A DNA stretch of 53,872 bases from Patescibacteria group bacterium (GTDB lineage Bacteria > Patescibacteriota > Minisyncoccia > Phycocordibacterales > JACZSL01): assembly GCA_022574205.1 (NCBI GenBank), contig JACZSL010000003.1, positions 1-53,872 of the forward strand, read 5' to 3'. Below the pieces are notes generated by a model. That model was not told where the DNA came from and made no database searches. It worked only from the letters and a program-made list of their open reading frames with translations. Positions 18,244-27,400 of the stretch are shown piece after piece. The position numbers were made by a program, and so were the translations under genes. Each line of letters starts with the position of its first letter. Within the stretch, counting starts at the first letter, position 1.

Positions 18244-20166
18244 TTAGCCCTTATTTTCCGGGCCTTTAGAGGAATCTTCGTCATCTCCTGATGCGTCTTT
18301 TTCTTTGTATTCTACGTCGCGGACACCTTCCTCTCCTCCTTTGGGATCACTTCCTTCCGATTTAGCCGCAGTGCTCATTGCTTCTCCAATTTTTTGCAAT
18401 TCGCCAGATAACGCCTCTGTTGCTGCCTTTACAACTTTAATATCCTTGTCGTCTTTTACTTTTTTCAACGCTTTGATTTTTTCCTCAACACTCTTCCTCA
18501 CATCTTCTGGAACTTTACCCTTTTGATCTTTGAGTGCTTTTTCCGAAGTGTAAACCATCTGGTCAGCAAGGTTTCTCGCCTCTGCAGATTCTTTTGCCTT
18601 TGCGTCTTCATCAGCGTGTGCTTCTGCATCCTTCTTCATTCGTTCAATATCTTCATCAGTCAGTCCACTAGAAGCCTCGATACGAATTGATTGTTCTTTA
18701 CCGGTTGCTTTGTCCTTTGCCTTGACTTTTAAAATACCGTCAGCGTCCACGTCAAATGAAACTTCAATCTGCGGGATACCGCGCGCCGCTGGTGGAACAC
18801 CGTCTAGCATAAAACGTCCAAGACTTTTGTTGTCACTCGCCATTGCACGCTCTCCCTGAACTACGTGTACTTCAACGGAAGTCTGATTGTCTGCTGCTGT
18901 TGAAAAGCGCTGAGTCGCTGTTGTTGGAATAGTTGTATTTCTTTCAATGAGTTTGGTAGAAACTCCGTGAAGAGTTTCTATTCCTAGAGACAATGGAATA
19001 ACATCCAGAAGAAGAATGTCTTTCACATCCCCTTGCATGATACCTCCCTGAAGAGCAGCGCCGAGGGCTACTACTTCGTCTGGGTTGATTGATTTGTTTA
19101 CATCCTTTCCAAAGAAATCTTTAACTGCTTTTTCGATTGCCGGCATGCGTGTTTGCCCACCAACAAGGATAATTTCATCTATTTCAGATACTTTAAAAGG
19201 AGAAGCTTCAACAGCACGTTTGGTAATTTCAATTGATCGTTCAATGTACGGACGAGCAAGTTCCTCAAGTACTGAACGTGTCATTTTTAGAAGTAAATGT
19301 TTTGGCCCGTCTGCATCGCTAGTGACAAATGGAATATTTATTTCGGTTTCAGTTGCTGTAGATAGTTCGTGCTTTGCCTTTTCTGCGGCTTCATCAAGCC
19401 GTTGTAGAGCAAGTGGGTCCTTTGTTAGATCAATTCCACTCTCTTTTTTAAATTCGTCGGCAATCCATCGAATGATTTTCTGGTCAATATCCTTTCCACC
19501 CATACGATTGTCGCCGTCGGTTGATTTTACTTCAATTGTATCGCCAGAAATTTCTAGAACAGAGATGTCAAACGTTCCTCCTCCAAAATCAAAGACAACA
19601 ATTTGTTCCTCTTTCTTTTTATTGAACCCGTAAGCAAGCGCTGCGGCTGTGGGTTCATTTATTATTCGCTTTACCTCGAGGCCGGCGATCTGTCCTGCGT
19701 CTCTTGTGGCTTTTCTCTGTGCGTCGTTAAAGTAAGCAGGTACAGTTATAACAGCCTCTGTGATTTTCTCACCAAGCTTGCTCTCTGCGTCGGTCTTCAA
19801 TTTCTGAAGGATCATTGCGGAGATTTCTTCAGGGCGATAGTCTTTTTCTCCCATTTTTATCAACATACCGCCGTCTGGTCCAGCTTTAATGTCGAATGGG
19901 ACAATCTTCATTTCTTCCTGCGCCGCATCCTCCTTAAAATTGTGACCAATAAGTCGCTTGATCCCAAAAATCGTATTACTAGGGTTTGTCACCGCCTGAC
20001 GCTTTGCTACGAGTCCTGAAAGTTGTTCTCCGGCTTTTGAAAAAGCAACTATCGAAGGTGTCGTACGTGCCCCCTCTGCGTTTTCAACAATACGCGGCTC
20101 ACCTCCCTCAACTACTGCTACAGCAGAATTTGTTGTTCCTAAGTCTATACCAATTATTTTTCCCAT
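18244..20166 (-). CDS. dnaK: Chaperone DnaK
   Basis: [39 protein letters not shown]. Confidence 0.98.
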   Translation of the reverse strand: MGKIIGIDLGTTNSAVAVVEGGEPRIVENAEGARTTPSIVAFSKAGEQLSGLVAKRQAVTNPSNTIFGIKRLIGHNFKEDAAQEEMKIVPFDIKAGPDGGMLIKMGEKDYRPEEISAMILQKLKTDAESKLGEKITEAVITVPAYFNDAQRKATRDAGQIAGLEVKRIINEPTAAALAYGFNKKKEEQIVVFDFGGGTFDISVLEISGDTIEVKSTDGDNRMGGKDIDQKIIRWIADEFKKESGIDLTKDPLALQRLDEAAEKAKHELSTATETEINIPFVTSDADGPKHLLLKMTRSVLEELARPYIERSIEITKRAVEASPFKVSEIDEIILVGGQTRMPAIEKAVKDFFGKDVNKSINPDEVVALGAALQGGIMQGDVKDILLLDVIPLSLGIETLHGVSTKLIERNTTIPTTATQRFSTAADNQTSVEVHVVQGERAMASDNKSLGRFMLDGVPPAARGIPQIEVSFDVDADGILKVKAKDKATGKEQSIRIEASSGLTDEDIERMKKDAEAHADEDAKAKESAEARNLADQMVYTSEKALKDQKGKVPEDVRKSVEEKIKALKKVKDDKDIKVVKAATEALSGELQKIGEAMSTAAKSEGSDPKGGEEGVRDVEYKEKDASGDDEDSSKGPENKG

Positions 20167-20202
20167 ATTATTTTCTGTTACTTGTTTTGAAAATTTGTAA
20201 TG

Positions 20203-20787
20203 CTATTTTTTTGTTAAATGTGCGACTTTAACTTTTGCCGCTCGTATTACCCTTCCATTCATTTCATATCCTTTTTGTAAAACTTTTACTATATGGTTAT
20301 CATCCTTCTTTTTATCTGTATCTATGGTTTCTATTGAATCGTGTTTGGACGTATCAAAAATCTCTCCTTTCGGATTCAACACCACAACATTATGTTCTTT
20401 GAGAATACTTAAAAGCTGTGAGTGTATATTTTGAATTCCAATACTCCATTCTGGAGACTGATCCTTAGCTTTATCACTAAAGGCCATGTCAAAACTATCA
20501 AGGATAGGCAGGATGTCCAGAACCATACTTTCTTTTGAGCGCATAACAGCTGTATCAAGGGTTTTTGCGTCTTGTTTCCGTGCGTTTAGAAAGTCAGCCT
20601 TAGAGCGCTGCCAGCCATCGAGATATTCCTTTTTCTCAGTCTCACAGGCTTTTAACTTATCCCGAACTTTTTTAACAGACAATGTTATCCTAGCCTCTTC
20701 ATCAATATCCTCAAATTCCACATCATTATGCTCCTCTTCCTGAGCATTGTCAAGAGCTTCACTATTCACTAATGATTTTCTTTTCAT
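20203..20787 (-). CDS. grpE: Nucleotide exchange factor GrpE
   Basis: WQRSKADFLN, VLQKGYEMNGRVIRAAKVKV; start reassigned to MKRKS. Confidence 0.9.
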   Translation of the reverse strand: MKRKSLVNSEALDNAQEEEHNDVEFEDIDEEARITLSVKKVRDKLKACETEKKEYLDGWQRSKADFLNARKQDAKTLDTAVMRSKESMVLDILPILDSFDMAFSDKAKDQSPEWSIGIQNIHSQLLSILKEHNVVVLNPKGEIFDTSKHDSIETIDTDKKKDDNHIVKVLQKGYEMNGRVIRAAKVKVAHLTKK

Positions 20788-20815
20788 ATAAATTAATTGT
20801 GGCCCAGTTGTCTTG

Positions 20816-20847
20816 CTATCGCTTCGACCAAATGAGCCAAGCTTTGC
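20816..20847 (-). repeat. Displaced duplicate of the rpsI 3' end (att-like scar)
   Basis: ctatcgcttcgacca at 20816-20830 is identical to 20991-21005; partial match continues (gagc..gctttgc). Confidence 0.75.
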
Positions 20848-20990
20848 ATTTTCGAACCCACGGTTCTCAACATTCGCTCCACTCATTGCTCTCCTACACG
20901 AACTGAAAAGTGGTGGGATTGCTTTTCAGGCCGTTTCCGCGGAAAACAATCCCATTGCTTTTCGCCCTTTCCACAGCACAATGATCTTCT

Positions 20991-21407
20991 CTATCGCTTC
21001 GACCATTGAGCTGCTTTGCGCGCTTTCTTTAGACCAAATTTCTTGCGCTCTTTGACGCGAGGATCTCTCTTCAAAAATCCTGCTTTTTTGAGTTTTGTGC
21101 GAAGTGCTGGTTGAAGCTTAATGAGTGCTCTCGAAATTCCCAAGCGGATTGCCTCTGCTTGGCTGGTCTGTCCTCCACCGCGCACTTTAACACTGACAAA
21201 AAATGTTTTATCAATATCAATATTTCTCAGCGCTTCCTCAACAATTTTCTGAAGAGTTTTAATAGGAAAAAAGTCAACGTGGTCTTTATCATTTACAGTG
21301 AATGTTTCTTTCTTATTTTCAAAAAGACGTACGCGCGCAACAGCCGTTTTTCTCCGGCCGACTGCCTCAATGTATTCTCCTTTTTTCATTGCTGGAGTTG
21401 TTACCAT
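20991..21407 (-). CDS. rpsI: 30S ribosomal protein S9
   Basis: AVGRRKTAVARV...ERKKFGLKKARKAAQWSKR. Confidence 0.97.
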   Translation of the reverse strand: MVTTPAMKKGEYIEAVGRRKTAVARVRLFENKKETFTVNDKDHVDFFPIKTLQKIVEEALRNIDIDKTFFVSVKVRGGGQTSQAEAIRLGISRALIKLQPALRTKLKKAGFLKRDPRVKERKKFGLKKARKAAQWSKR

Positions 21408-21457
21408 GTCTTAGATCTTGTTAATTATTCTGAGCGTAGCGAGAAATAATGTTATTA

Positions 21458-21586
21458 AATCTTAAACCCGCCGCAGTTTTTGAACATACACCAAAATACT
21501 GTGCTAGCATAGCACATGTGTTTTTCTCCCATAATGTATCTTTTTTCCTCATGGTGTTTGTTCAAAAATTTAGGCGGGTAAATTCG
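21458..21586 (-). repeat. 129-bp structured intergenic repeat, copy A (rplM-rpsI)
   Basis: Homologous to 23995-24123; long imperfect stem acccgcc..tttttgaaca / tgttcaaaaa..ggcgggt; adjacent 11-bp hairpin at 21592-21624. Confidence 0.85.
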
Positions 21587-21636
21587 CTTTTCTGTATTCT
21601 ACTTCGATTCCTCGTAGAATACAGGATCTCATTTAG

Positions 21637-21984
21637 TTATTCTCTTACGTTAAGCTTTTTCATGCGTGGTGCACGTAACTTGTTGCCGGGAAGCATACCA
21701 TAAACTGCCTTGCGTACGAGTTCACCAAACCCATGTTTCTCTACAACCTTTTCTCCAGTACGAAATGATAGTCCTCCAGGATATCCTGAATATGAGGGGT
21801 ACTGTTTTTTCTTTAGAAAGTAGTCTCCTATGTCTAGCTTCGAAGCGTTGAGGACCTCAACCTCTACGTTGCTAATTTTCTGTGGCTCGTAATCTGGGCT
21901 GTCTTTACCCATGAGTTTATAAGCCACTTCAGTTGCGATTCGTCCAAGTTTTTTTCCTTTTGCGTCAATCGTGTGTTTTTTCAT
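21637..21984 (-). CDS. rplM: 50S ribosomal protein L13 (short)
   Basis: IDAKGKKLGRIATEVA...SGYPGG...AVYGMLPGNKLR; start MKKHT 1 nt after the rplQ stop. Confidence 0.95.
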   Translation of the reverse strand: MKKHTIDAKGKKLGRIATEVAYKLMGKDSPDYEPQKISNVEVEVLNASKLDIGDYFLKKKQYPSYSGYPGGLSFRTGEKVVEKHGFGELVRKAVYGMLPGNKLRAPRMKKLNVRE

Positions 21985-21985
21985 A

Positions 21986-22336
21986 TTATTCAACGAACTC
22001 AATAACTGCTTTTGATTCGTTACCTCGTCCTGACAGTTGACTTATCCTGGTGTAACCACCACCTCTTTCTTTGAAGCGAGGGGATAGTGTTTCAACAATT
22101 TTCTTAGCCTCGTCTTCACCTCCGCCAAGCCTAGATATTATTGTACGCCGAGAGGCGAGAGTTCCTTTTTTCCCGAGTGTAATTAATTTTTCAACGAAAG
22201 AACTAAGTGCTTTTGCTTTTGCTGGACTTGTCTCAATACGCTCACGTTCCACAAAAACACGTGCAAGGCCTCTAAGCAAAGCTTTTCTTTGTCTTGCTAC
22301 GCGTCCAAATTTTTTGTTGGTGTTGTAGTGTCGCAT
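21986..22336 (-). CDS. rplQ: 50S ribosomal protein L17
   Basis: ERIETSPAKAK, RFKERGGGYTRI. Confidence 0.95.
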   Translation of the reverse strand: MRHYNTNKKFGRVARQRKALLRGLARVFVERERIETSPAKAKALSSFVEKLITLGKKGTLASRRTIISRLGGGEDEAKKIVETLSPRFKERGGGYTRISQLSGRGNESKAVIEFVE

Positions 22337-22345
22337 GTTTCGTTT

Positions 22346-23314
22346 TTATTTGAGAACAATGCCGAAATTGCTCAATGCTCTCTTAATCTCCTGAAGCCCT
22401 TTAGTTCCAAGTCCTTCGAGCGCTAGTACGTCTTCTTCTTTCTTTCGTGCAAGCCCTCCAATCGTACGAATGTTTGCGTTTGAAAGTGCATTTACTGTAC
22501 GTGCTGAAAGATCCAGACTTTCGATACGTGTCTTCAAAGACTCCGAGTTAATCTCGTCCTCGTTTGTTGCGCCATGAGCCTCTTCTACATCGTCTTCTGA
22601 GGTAGGAATCTTAATCTCTTCCTCTTTAAATCCAATAATTGCTTTGAGTTGATTGATCATAATCTCGATTGATTTTTGAAGCGCCTCACGTGGTGTTATT
22701 GTCCCGTCTGTTTCAATAAAAACACGGAGACGATTAAAGTCAGTTCTGTCACCTATACGCATATTCTCTACTTCGTAATTTACCCTTCTTATCGGTGTAA
22801 ATGTTGCGTCGAGTGTAATTGTGCCAATATCTACTTTTTCTTTTCGAAGAACGTCCTTTGACACATACCCGAGTCCTCTCTCTACAGTGAGTTCAATATC
22901 AAGTTTTGTATTAGTTCCTGTTACCTCAACAATTGGTTGATCCGGATTCAAAATCTCAACTTGTGATGGTGCCTCAATGTCACTTGCAGTTATTTTCTTT
23001 GGGCCTTTGGATTTTAGTTGCATTGTCTGCGGTTCATCAGAGTGGACCAAAATACGAATCTTTTTTAAATTCAGCAAAATTGTGATGACGTCTTCTTTTA
23101 CACCAGCAAGTGTTGAGAATTCATGACTGACACCGTCAATCTTTATAGAAGTGATAGCGGCTCCAGGAAGACTCGACAAAATGATACGACGTAGCGAGTT
23201 CCCCAGAGTGTGTCCATACCCTGGATACAAACCATCTATCTCGTAGATGCCTATAAGATCCTCTTCTTTAACAATTCGAGGCTTGGATGGCAATGTTATG
23301 TTGTAATCTGGCAT
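22346..23314 (-). CDS. rpoA: RNA polymerase alpha subunit
   Basis: GYGHTLGNSLRRILLSS, VERGLGY, alpha-CTD LSARTVNAL. Confidence 0.97.
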   Translation of the reverse strand: MPDYNITLPSKPRIVKEEDLIGIYEIDGLYPGYGHTLGNSLRRIILSSLPGAAITSIKIDGVSHEFSTLAGVKEDVITILLNLKKIRILVHSDEPQTMQLKSKGPKKITASDIEAPSQVEILNPDQPIVEVTGTNTKLDIELTVERGLGYVSKDVLRKEKVDIGTITLDATFTPIRRVNYEVENMRIGDRTDFNRLRVFIETDGTITPREALQKSIEIMINQLKAIIGFKEEEIKIPTSEDDVEEAHGATNEDEINSESLKTRIESLDLSARTVNALSNANIRTIGGLARKKEEDVLALEGLGTKGLQEIKRALSNFGIVLK

Positions 23315-23341
23315 AATAGTGTTAATAATTTATTAAAATCC

Positions 23342-23959
23342 CTATCGACTGTAGTATTCCATGACAATTCCTATATCGAAAAGGGCTTCGATAGATTCCC
23401 TAGTTGGAATACTTTTAACCTTACCTTCTAATTTATTACGATTAAAATCTAACCAAGTTGGTACACTGCGCTCTTCTTCACCTTCTTTAATGTGAGCATA
23501 AAGCGGGCTATTTTTGCTTTTTTCTCGAACGGTAATTACATCATTTGCTGAAACGTGATGTGATGGTATGCTCGCTTTTTTATCATTCACACGAACGTGT
23601 CTATGCGAAACCATCTGCCGTGCTCCACGCCTTGTCGTTGCTAGTCCAAGTCGAAAGAGAACATTGTCAAGACGAGTCTCAAGCAGTACCAAAACATTGC
23701 TTCCGGGGTCTCCTTGCTTTTTATTTGCCATACTAACGTAGCGCGACAATTGCTTTTCCGTAATACCATAAGTTGCCCTAACGCGCTGTTTTTCAAGAAG
23801 CTGTTTTCCATAATCGCTAAGGCGACGAGGACGTCCTCGGCCAATTCTCATCCCAGACTGACGCCTCGACTCTCGTAGGGCATACTTCTGTGTCTGACAC
23901 TTTTCGTAGACTGAATTCCCCAACCTTTTACATACTTTGTATCGTGGTCCTACAATCAT
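23342..23959 (-). CDS. rpsD: 30S ribosomal protein S4
   Basis: LSDYGKQLLEKQR, LETRLDNV, ARQMVSH. Confidence 0.97.
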   Translation of the reverse strand: MIVGPRYKVCKRLGNSVYEKCQTQKYALRESRRQSGMRIGRGRPRRLSDYGKQLLEKQRVRATYGITEKQLSRYVSMANKKQGDPGSNVLVLLETRLDNVLFRLGLATTRRGARQMVSHRHVRVNDKKASIPSHHVSANDVITVREKSKNSPLYAHIKEGEEERSVPTWLDFNRNKLEGKVKSIPTRESIEALFDIGIVMEYYSR

Positions 23960-23994
23960 GTTAGATTTTATTAGCGAGCAAGGCGAGATTAGAA

Positions 23995-24123
23995 AATCTT
24001 AAACCCGACAAAGTTTTTGAACACACACCAAAATGCTGTGTTAGCGTAACATGAGTGTTTTGTTCTTTCAATATGTTGTTCTCTGTCATAATGTTTGTTC
24101 AAAAATTTAGGCGGGTAAATTCG
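23995..24123 (-). repeat. 129-bp structured intergenic repeat, copy B (rpsK-rpsD)
   Basis: Same length as copy A, last 32 bp identical; adjacent 12-bp hairpin at 24129-24160. Confidence 0.85.
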
Positions 24124-24168
24124 TACTTCTAGATTTTGTTTTGTTCCTAACAAAATCTAGGTGTTTAT

Positions 24169-24603
24169 TTATACTCTCCTAGGCTTTTTTGCCCGTGGAC
24201 CGTTAAATGGAATAGGTGTCATATCTTTAATGGTTTTTATCTTAATACCTTTTGATGAAAACGCACGAAGCGAACTCTCGCGCCCGCTCCCCACTCCTTT
24301 AATAACAACATCAACATCTTTAACACCGATTAGTGCAGCTTTTTCCCCAACAAGCTCGCCTACTTTTGCTGCGGCAAAAGGAGTCCCTTTTCGTGCCCCA
24401 CTAAAACCGAGAGCTCCACATGATGAAAAAATAACAGCACCACCTTCTTTGTCTGTAAGCATAAGTATTGTGTTGTTGTATGTTGCTTTAATATGTAAAA
24501 TACCTGCCTCCATTCTTTTCTTTGGCACGCGAGAAAGAGACCGACTTTTTAGACCTTGGTTCATTCCACCTCCTTTTTTCTTAACAATTCGTTTCTTTCC
24601 CAT
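24169..24603 (-). CDS. rpsK: 30S ribosomal protein S11
   Basis: ATYNNTI, KGTPFAA, GVGSGRES, PIPFNGPRAKKPRRV. Confidence 0.97.
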   Translation of the reverse strand: MGKKRIVKKKGGGMNQGLKSRSLSRVPKKRMEAGILHIKATYNNTILMLTDKEGGAVIFSSCGALGFSGARKGTPFAAAKVGELVGEKAALIGVKDVDVVIKGVGSGRESSLRAFSSKGIKIKTIKDMTPIPFNGPRAKKPRRV

Positions 24604-24641
24604 TTTAAATTTGGTTGGATATTCTGAGAGTTAATATTTAT

Positions 24642-25022
24642 CTATTTCTTATCAAGTTTACGCTTACCACTTCCCATTGTTTTTCTAACATTTCCACGCA
24701 CCGTGCGAGAGTTCGTCTTTGTTCGCTGACCCCTAGATGGAAGGTGTTTCGTGTGGCGAAAACCGCGATATGATTTTATGTCCTTAAGACGCTTGATGTT
24801 TTCAGAAACTTCTCGCTTTAAGTCTCCTTCTATTTTGTTTATTTCGATAGCTTCGCGTATAGAACCACTCTCGCTTGCTGTGAGTTCGCTTGCTTTTTTC
24901 CCAGCGTCGATCTTGAGGCCAAGGAGTATCTCTCTTGCACGACTTCTTCCAATACCAAAAATCGCTGTCAAGCTGATTTCAAGTCTTTGATTGTCTTGTA
25001 GTGTAATTCCTGCGATGCGCAT
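24642..25022 (-). CDS. rpsM: 30S ribosomal protein S13
   Basis: MRIAGI, GIGRSRA, RGQRTKTNSRT. Confidence 0.97.
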   Translation of the reverse strand: MRIAGITLQDNQRLEISLTAIFGIGRSRAREILLGLKIDAGKKASELTASESGSIREAIEINKIEGDLKREVSENIKRLKDIKSYRGFRHTKHLPSRGQRTKTNSRTVRGNVRKTMGSGKRKLDKK

Positions 25023-25052
25023 GTTTTAAATTTTGCTATTGGCGTAACTCAC

Positions 25053-25166
25053 TTACCCCTGCCTCTGTTTGTGGCGTGGATTCGTACAAATAACATAAAC
25101 GCGGCCTTTCCTCCTCCTAGTTTTACAATTTGGACAAATCCTTTTGACTGATGCTTTTACCTTCAT
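25053..25166 (-). CDS. rpmJ: 50S ribosomal protein L36, zinc-binding form (not in the ORF track)
   Basis: [37 protein letters not shown]. Confidence 0.97.
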   Translation of the reverse strand: MKVKASVKRICPNCKTRRRKGRVYVICTNPRHKQRQG

Positions 25167-25278
25167 CCCGATAGTAATAGGACACGGACATTAATTATCC
25201 TTGCCATAAATTTAAACTTTTGTAATTGTTCGACTTTTTCTTCATATATCGTGTTAGTGTCCGTGATTACTATCGGGA
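25166..25278 (-). mobile_element. Start-codon hairpin element at rpmJ
   Basis: Terminal IR tcccgatagtaat/attactatcggga plus inner cacggacaytaa arms; TGAA duplication (25162-25165, 25279-25282); an extra decayed arm CTAATAGG-ATG precedes it. Confidence 0.8.
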
Positions 25279-25420
25279 TTCATCCTATTAGAGAGTTTTC
25301 TCTCTTGAAAAATGTACCAACTCTAATAAAAATACTCCACTCCCTCATTCCCTTTTTATAAACAAAAAAAACTACGAACACGCCTTTGGCGTAAATAACA
25401 AGTAGTTATAGTCTTTTCCC

Positions 25421-25639
25421 CTAAAATCTGCGAATTATTCGCCCCTTACCGCCGTATTGGTCAAGTATAATTTCCACCTTGTCTCCCACAAGTACCCTGA
25501 TTCGATACATTCGCATCTTTCCAGAGAGAAATGTAAGGAGTTTCTCACCATTTTCAAGCGTAACTCGAAAAAGTGTGTTCGGTAGGGCCTCATCGACCGT
25601 TCCGATCACTGTTTCTTGTTGTTTGCTACTATTACTCAT
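25421..25639 (-). CDS. infA: Translation initiation factor IF-1
   Basis: [27 protein letters not shown]. Confidence 0.95.
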   Translation of the reverse strand: MSNSSKQQETVIGTVDEALPNTLFRVTLENGEKLLTFLSGKMRMYRIRVLVGDKVEIILDQYGGKGRIIRRF

Positions 25640-25771
25640 TCACATTTGGCAAGTTTGCATATATTACCAGAAATGAGTGCGTAGGTCAATATATTTTGCT
25701 CTTTCCCGCCATTTTTTGCGATTATATATAACATGAGCAGTATCGGCTCAGTTATAGCTCTATTTTGCGTT

Positions 25772-26035
25772 TTAATTGGTGGATATTTCTGCCAGTTTAC
25801 TGTGCGTTTTAGGTCCAAACCGACCATGTCCGGTCGTACCCGGTGTTCCGGAAGATACAATACCGTATTTTGCCTGAAACTTTTGTACAGCACGCTCGGT
25901 GAGTGAACCAAAATAATTTGTCTCCAGTCCCGGTGAGCCGGCTCCGCTTTCTGCAACTTGCGTGTCGGGGTCACTGTTCAAGAGCTGTTGGAGACGTTTT
26001 ATATCAAGATTTGACTGTTTGCAAAATATTGACAG
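25772..26035 (-). pseudogene. Isolated peptidoglycan-binding-domain fragment
   Basis: DIKRLQQLLNSDPDT...YFGSLTERAVQKFQAKYGI...GRFGPKT; similarity extends upstream of the only (TTG) start to an in-frame TAG at 26036-26038. Confidence 0.55.
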
Positions 26036-26039
26036 CTAG

Positions 26040-27344
26040 CTACTCTCCTTCAAGTTCAAGAATCTGTTTTATGCTGATTTCTTCTGCGTCATCAGGAAAA
26101 CTCTTGCGCCAGAATGGCCGAACTATCACCTCTGCGCGATCGATGCCAGGATACCCTGAAAGTATAGTATAGATTGCTTCTTTTGCCCTACCTGCGAGGT
26201 CTGCCTTTAGCTGCTCTTCGTCATACAGCCAAACAATTTCGACATTACCTGTAAGTGAGAATAAAAGCGGCGACTCTTCCCACGGATTCACACCTTCATC
26301 ACTCTGCCTAGGAATGAGTGTTAGTGCTGATAGATTCAAAATGTCTACAGGGCTGTCGTCGTAATTTCCGAGTGTATTTTCCGCAAGGTAGCTAGCAAGT
26401 TCGGTACTTGTGAATAAAACGCCGTGAAGTATTCCTTTTTCACTAACAACTGCATCAGTTCCTGACTCCACTATAGGTAATGTTTCAAATTCTACAAAGA
26501 GTGAGTTGTCGAAGAAAACAAAACCTTCGGGTGTTTGTTTTGCAATGTCCGAGCGTAATGTTGTCTCAATCTCCTCGCGAAGAACCTGCCTAGTCGATGC
26601 AAGCAAACTGTCTTCAACAACCAACTGCTCTCCTATAAATCCTCCTGTCATTAACGTTACACTTCGCGCGTAGAAGTTTTCAAATTGCGGCGCACCTTTA
26701 AAACCCGGTATGACAAAGTCTGTGAGTCCCCTGTTATAACTTTCTCCTGCCTCATCTGCGTAGACTGTAACCTCAGCGCTCCCTGGAGTTGTGACACCTC
26801 CCTCTTTCGTCTGGCCTGGTACTACAACAGACTTATCAATACGATAAATTTGTCCGTCTGGTGTTTCAAAACGAGTGTTGCGGATAAGTCGCTGACCGAC
26901 AGTGTTGTAATCGTTGTATATGATTATTTTTCCGCTAGCTTTTTGCTCAACTTGTTCTCTCCCTGTTGCTTGAACTGTATCGGTCTTTGTGACACTCAAC
27001 TCAACTGTCTCATATTTAAGGCCTTCACCTGTCTCTTTAGATGGTATTGCAGAGAATGTGCCATCAACAACTAACCGTTCGTGTTTTGGGTAGATTGTCA
27101 CTTGTGCGCCTGAAAGCACCATAGATATTGCGAGAAAGCCTAGAGCAAGGAATAGGATAACAGCGACACTAACATAAAGAATGGATGGCCTTTTCCCTCG
27201 GCGAGGCATGGGCTCGCGTGGTGGTGCTGGTCTAAACCTGTCTCCTTCTTCGTAAGGTGGACGCTTGATGTTAGAATCCACAGGCGGACGTTTTGGTCTT
27301 CGTCCTCCTGGAATTACTATGTCCCGAATTGTGTTTCTTGCCAT
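26040..27344 (-). CDS. Membrane-anchored protein with a baseplate J/gp47-like domain
   Basis: One TM then KASGKIIIYN, NTRFETPDG, VTVYADEAGESYN, GGF motifs (recalled pattern). Confidence 0.55.
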   Translation of the reverse strand: MARNTIRDIVIPGGRRPKRPPVDSNIKRPPYEEGDRFRPAPPREPMPRRGKRPSILYVSVAVILFLALGFLAISMVLSGAQVTIYPKHERLVVDGTFSAIPSKETGEGLKYETVELSVTKTDTVQATGREQVEQKASGKIIIYNDYNTVGQRLIRNTRFETPDGQIYRIDKSVVVPGQTKEGGVTTPGSAEVTVYADEAGESYNRGLTDFVIPGFKGAPQFENFYARSVTLMTGGFIGEQLVVEDSLLASTRQVLREEIETTLRSDIAKQTPEGFVFFDNSLFVEFETLPIVESGTDAVVSEKGILHGVLFTSTELASYLAENTLGNYDDSPVDILNLSALTLIPRQSDEGVNPWEESPLLFSLTGNVEIVWLYDEEQLKADLAGRAKEAIYTILSGYPGIDRAEVIVRPFWRKSFPDDAEEISIKQILELEGE

Positions 27345-27400
27345 ATAAATAAGTTAATTTAGCTCCAGTATAGCATGGTAATACAGGAATCTAATATTTC

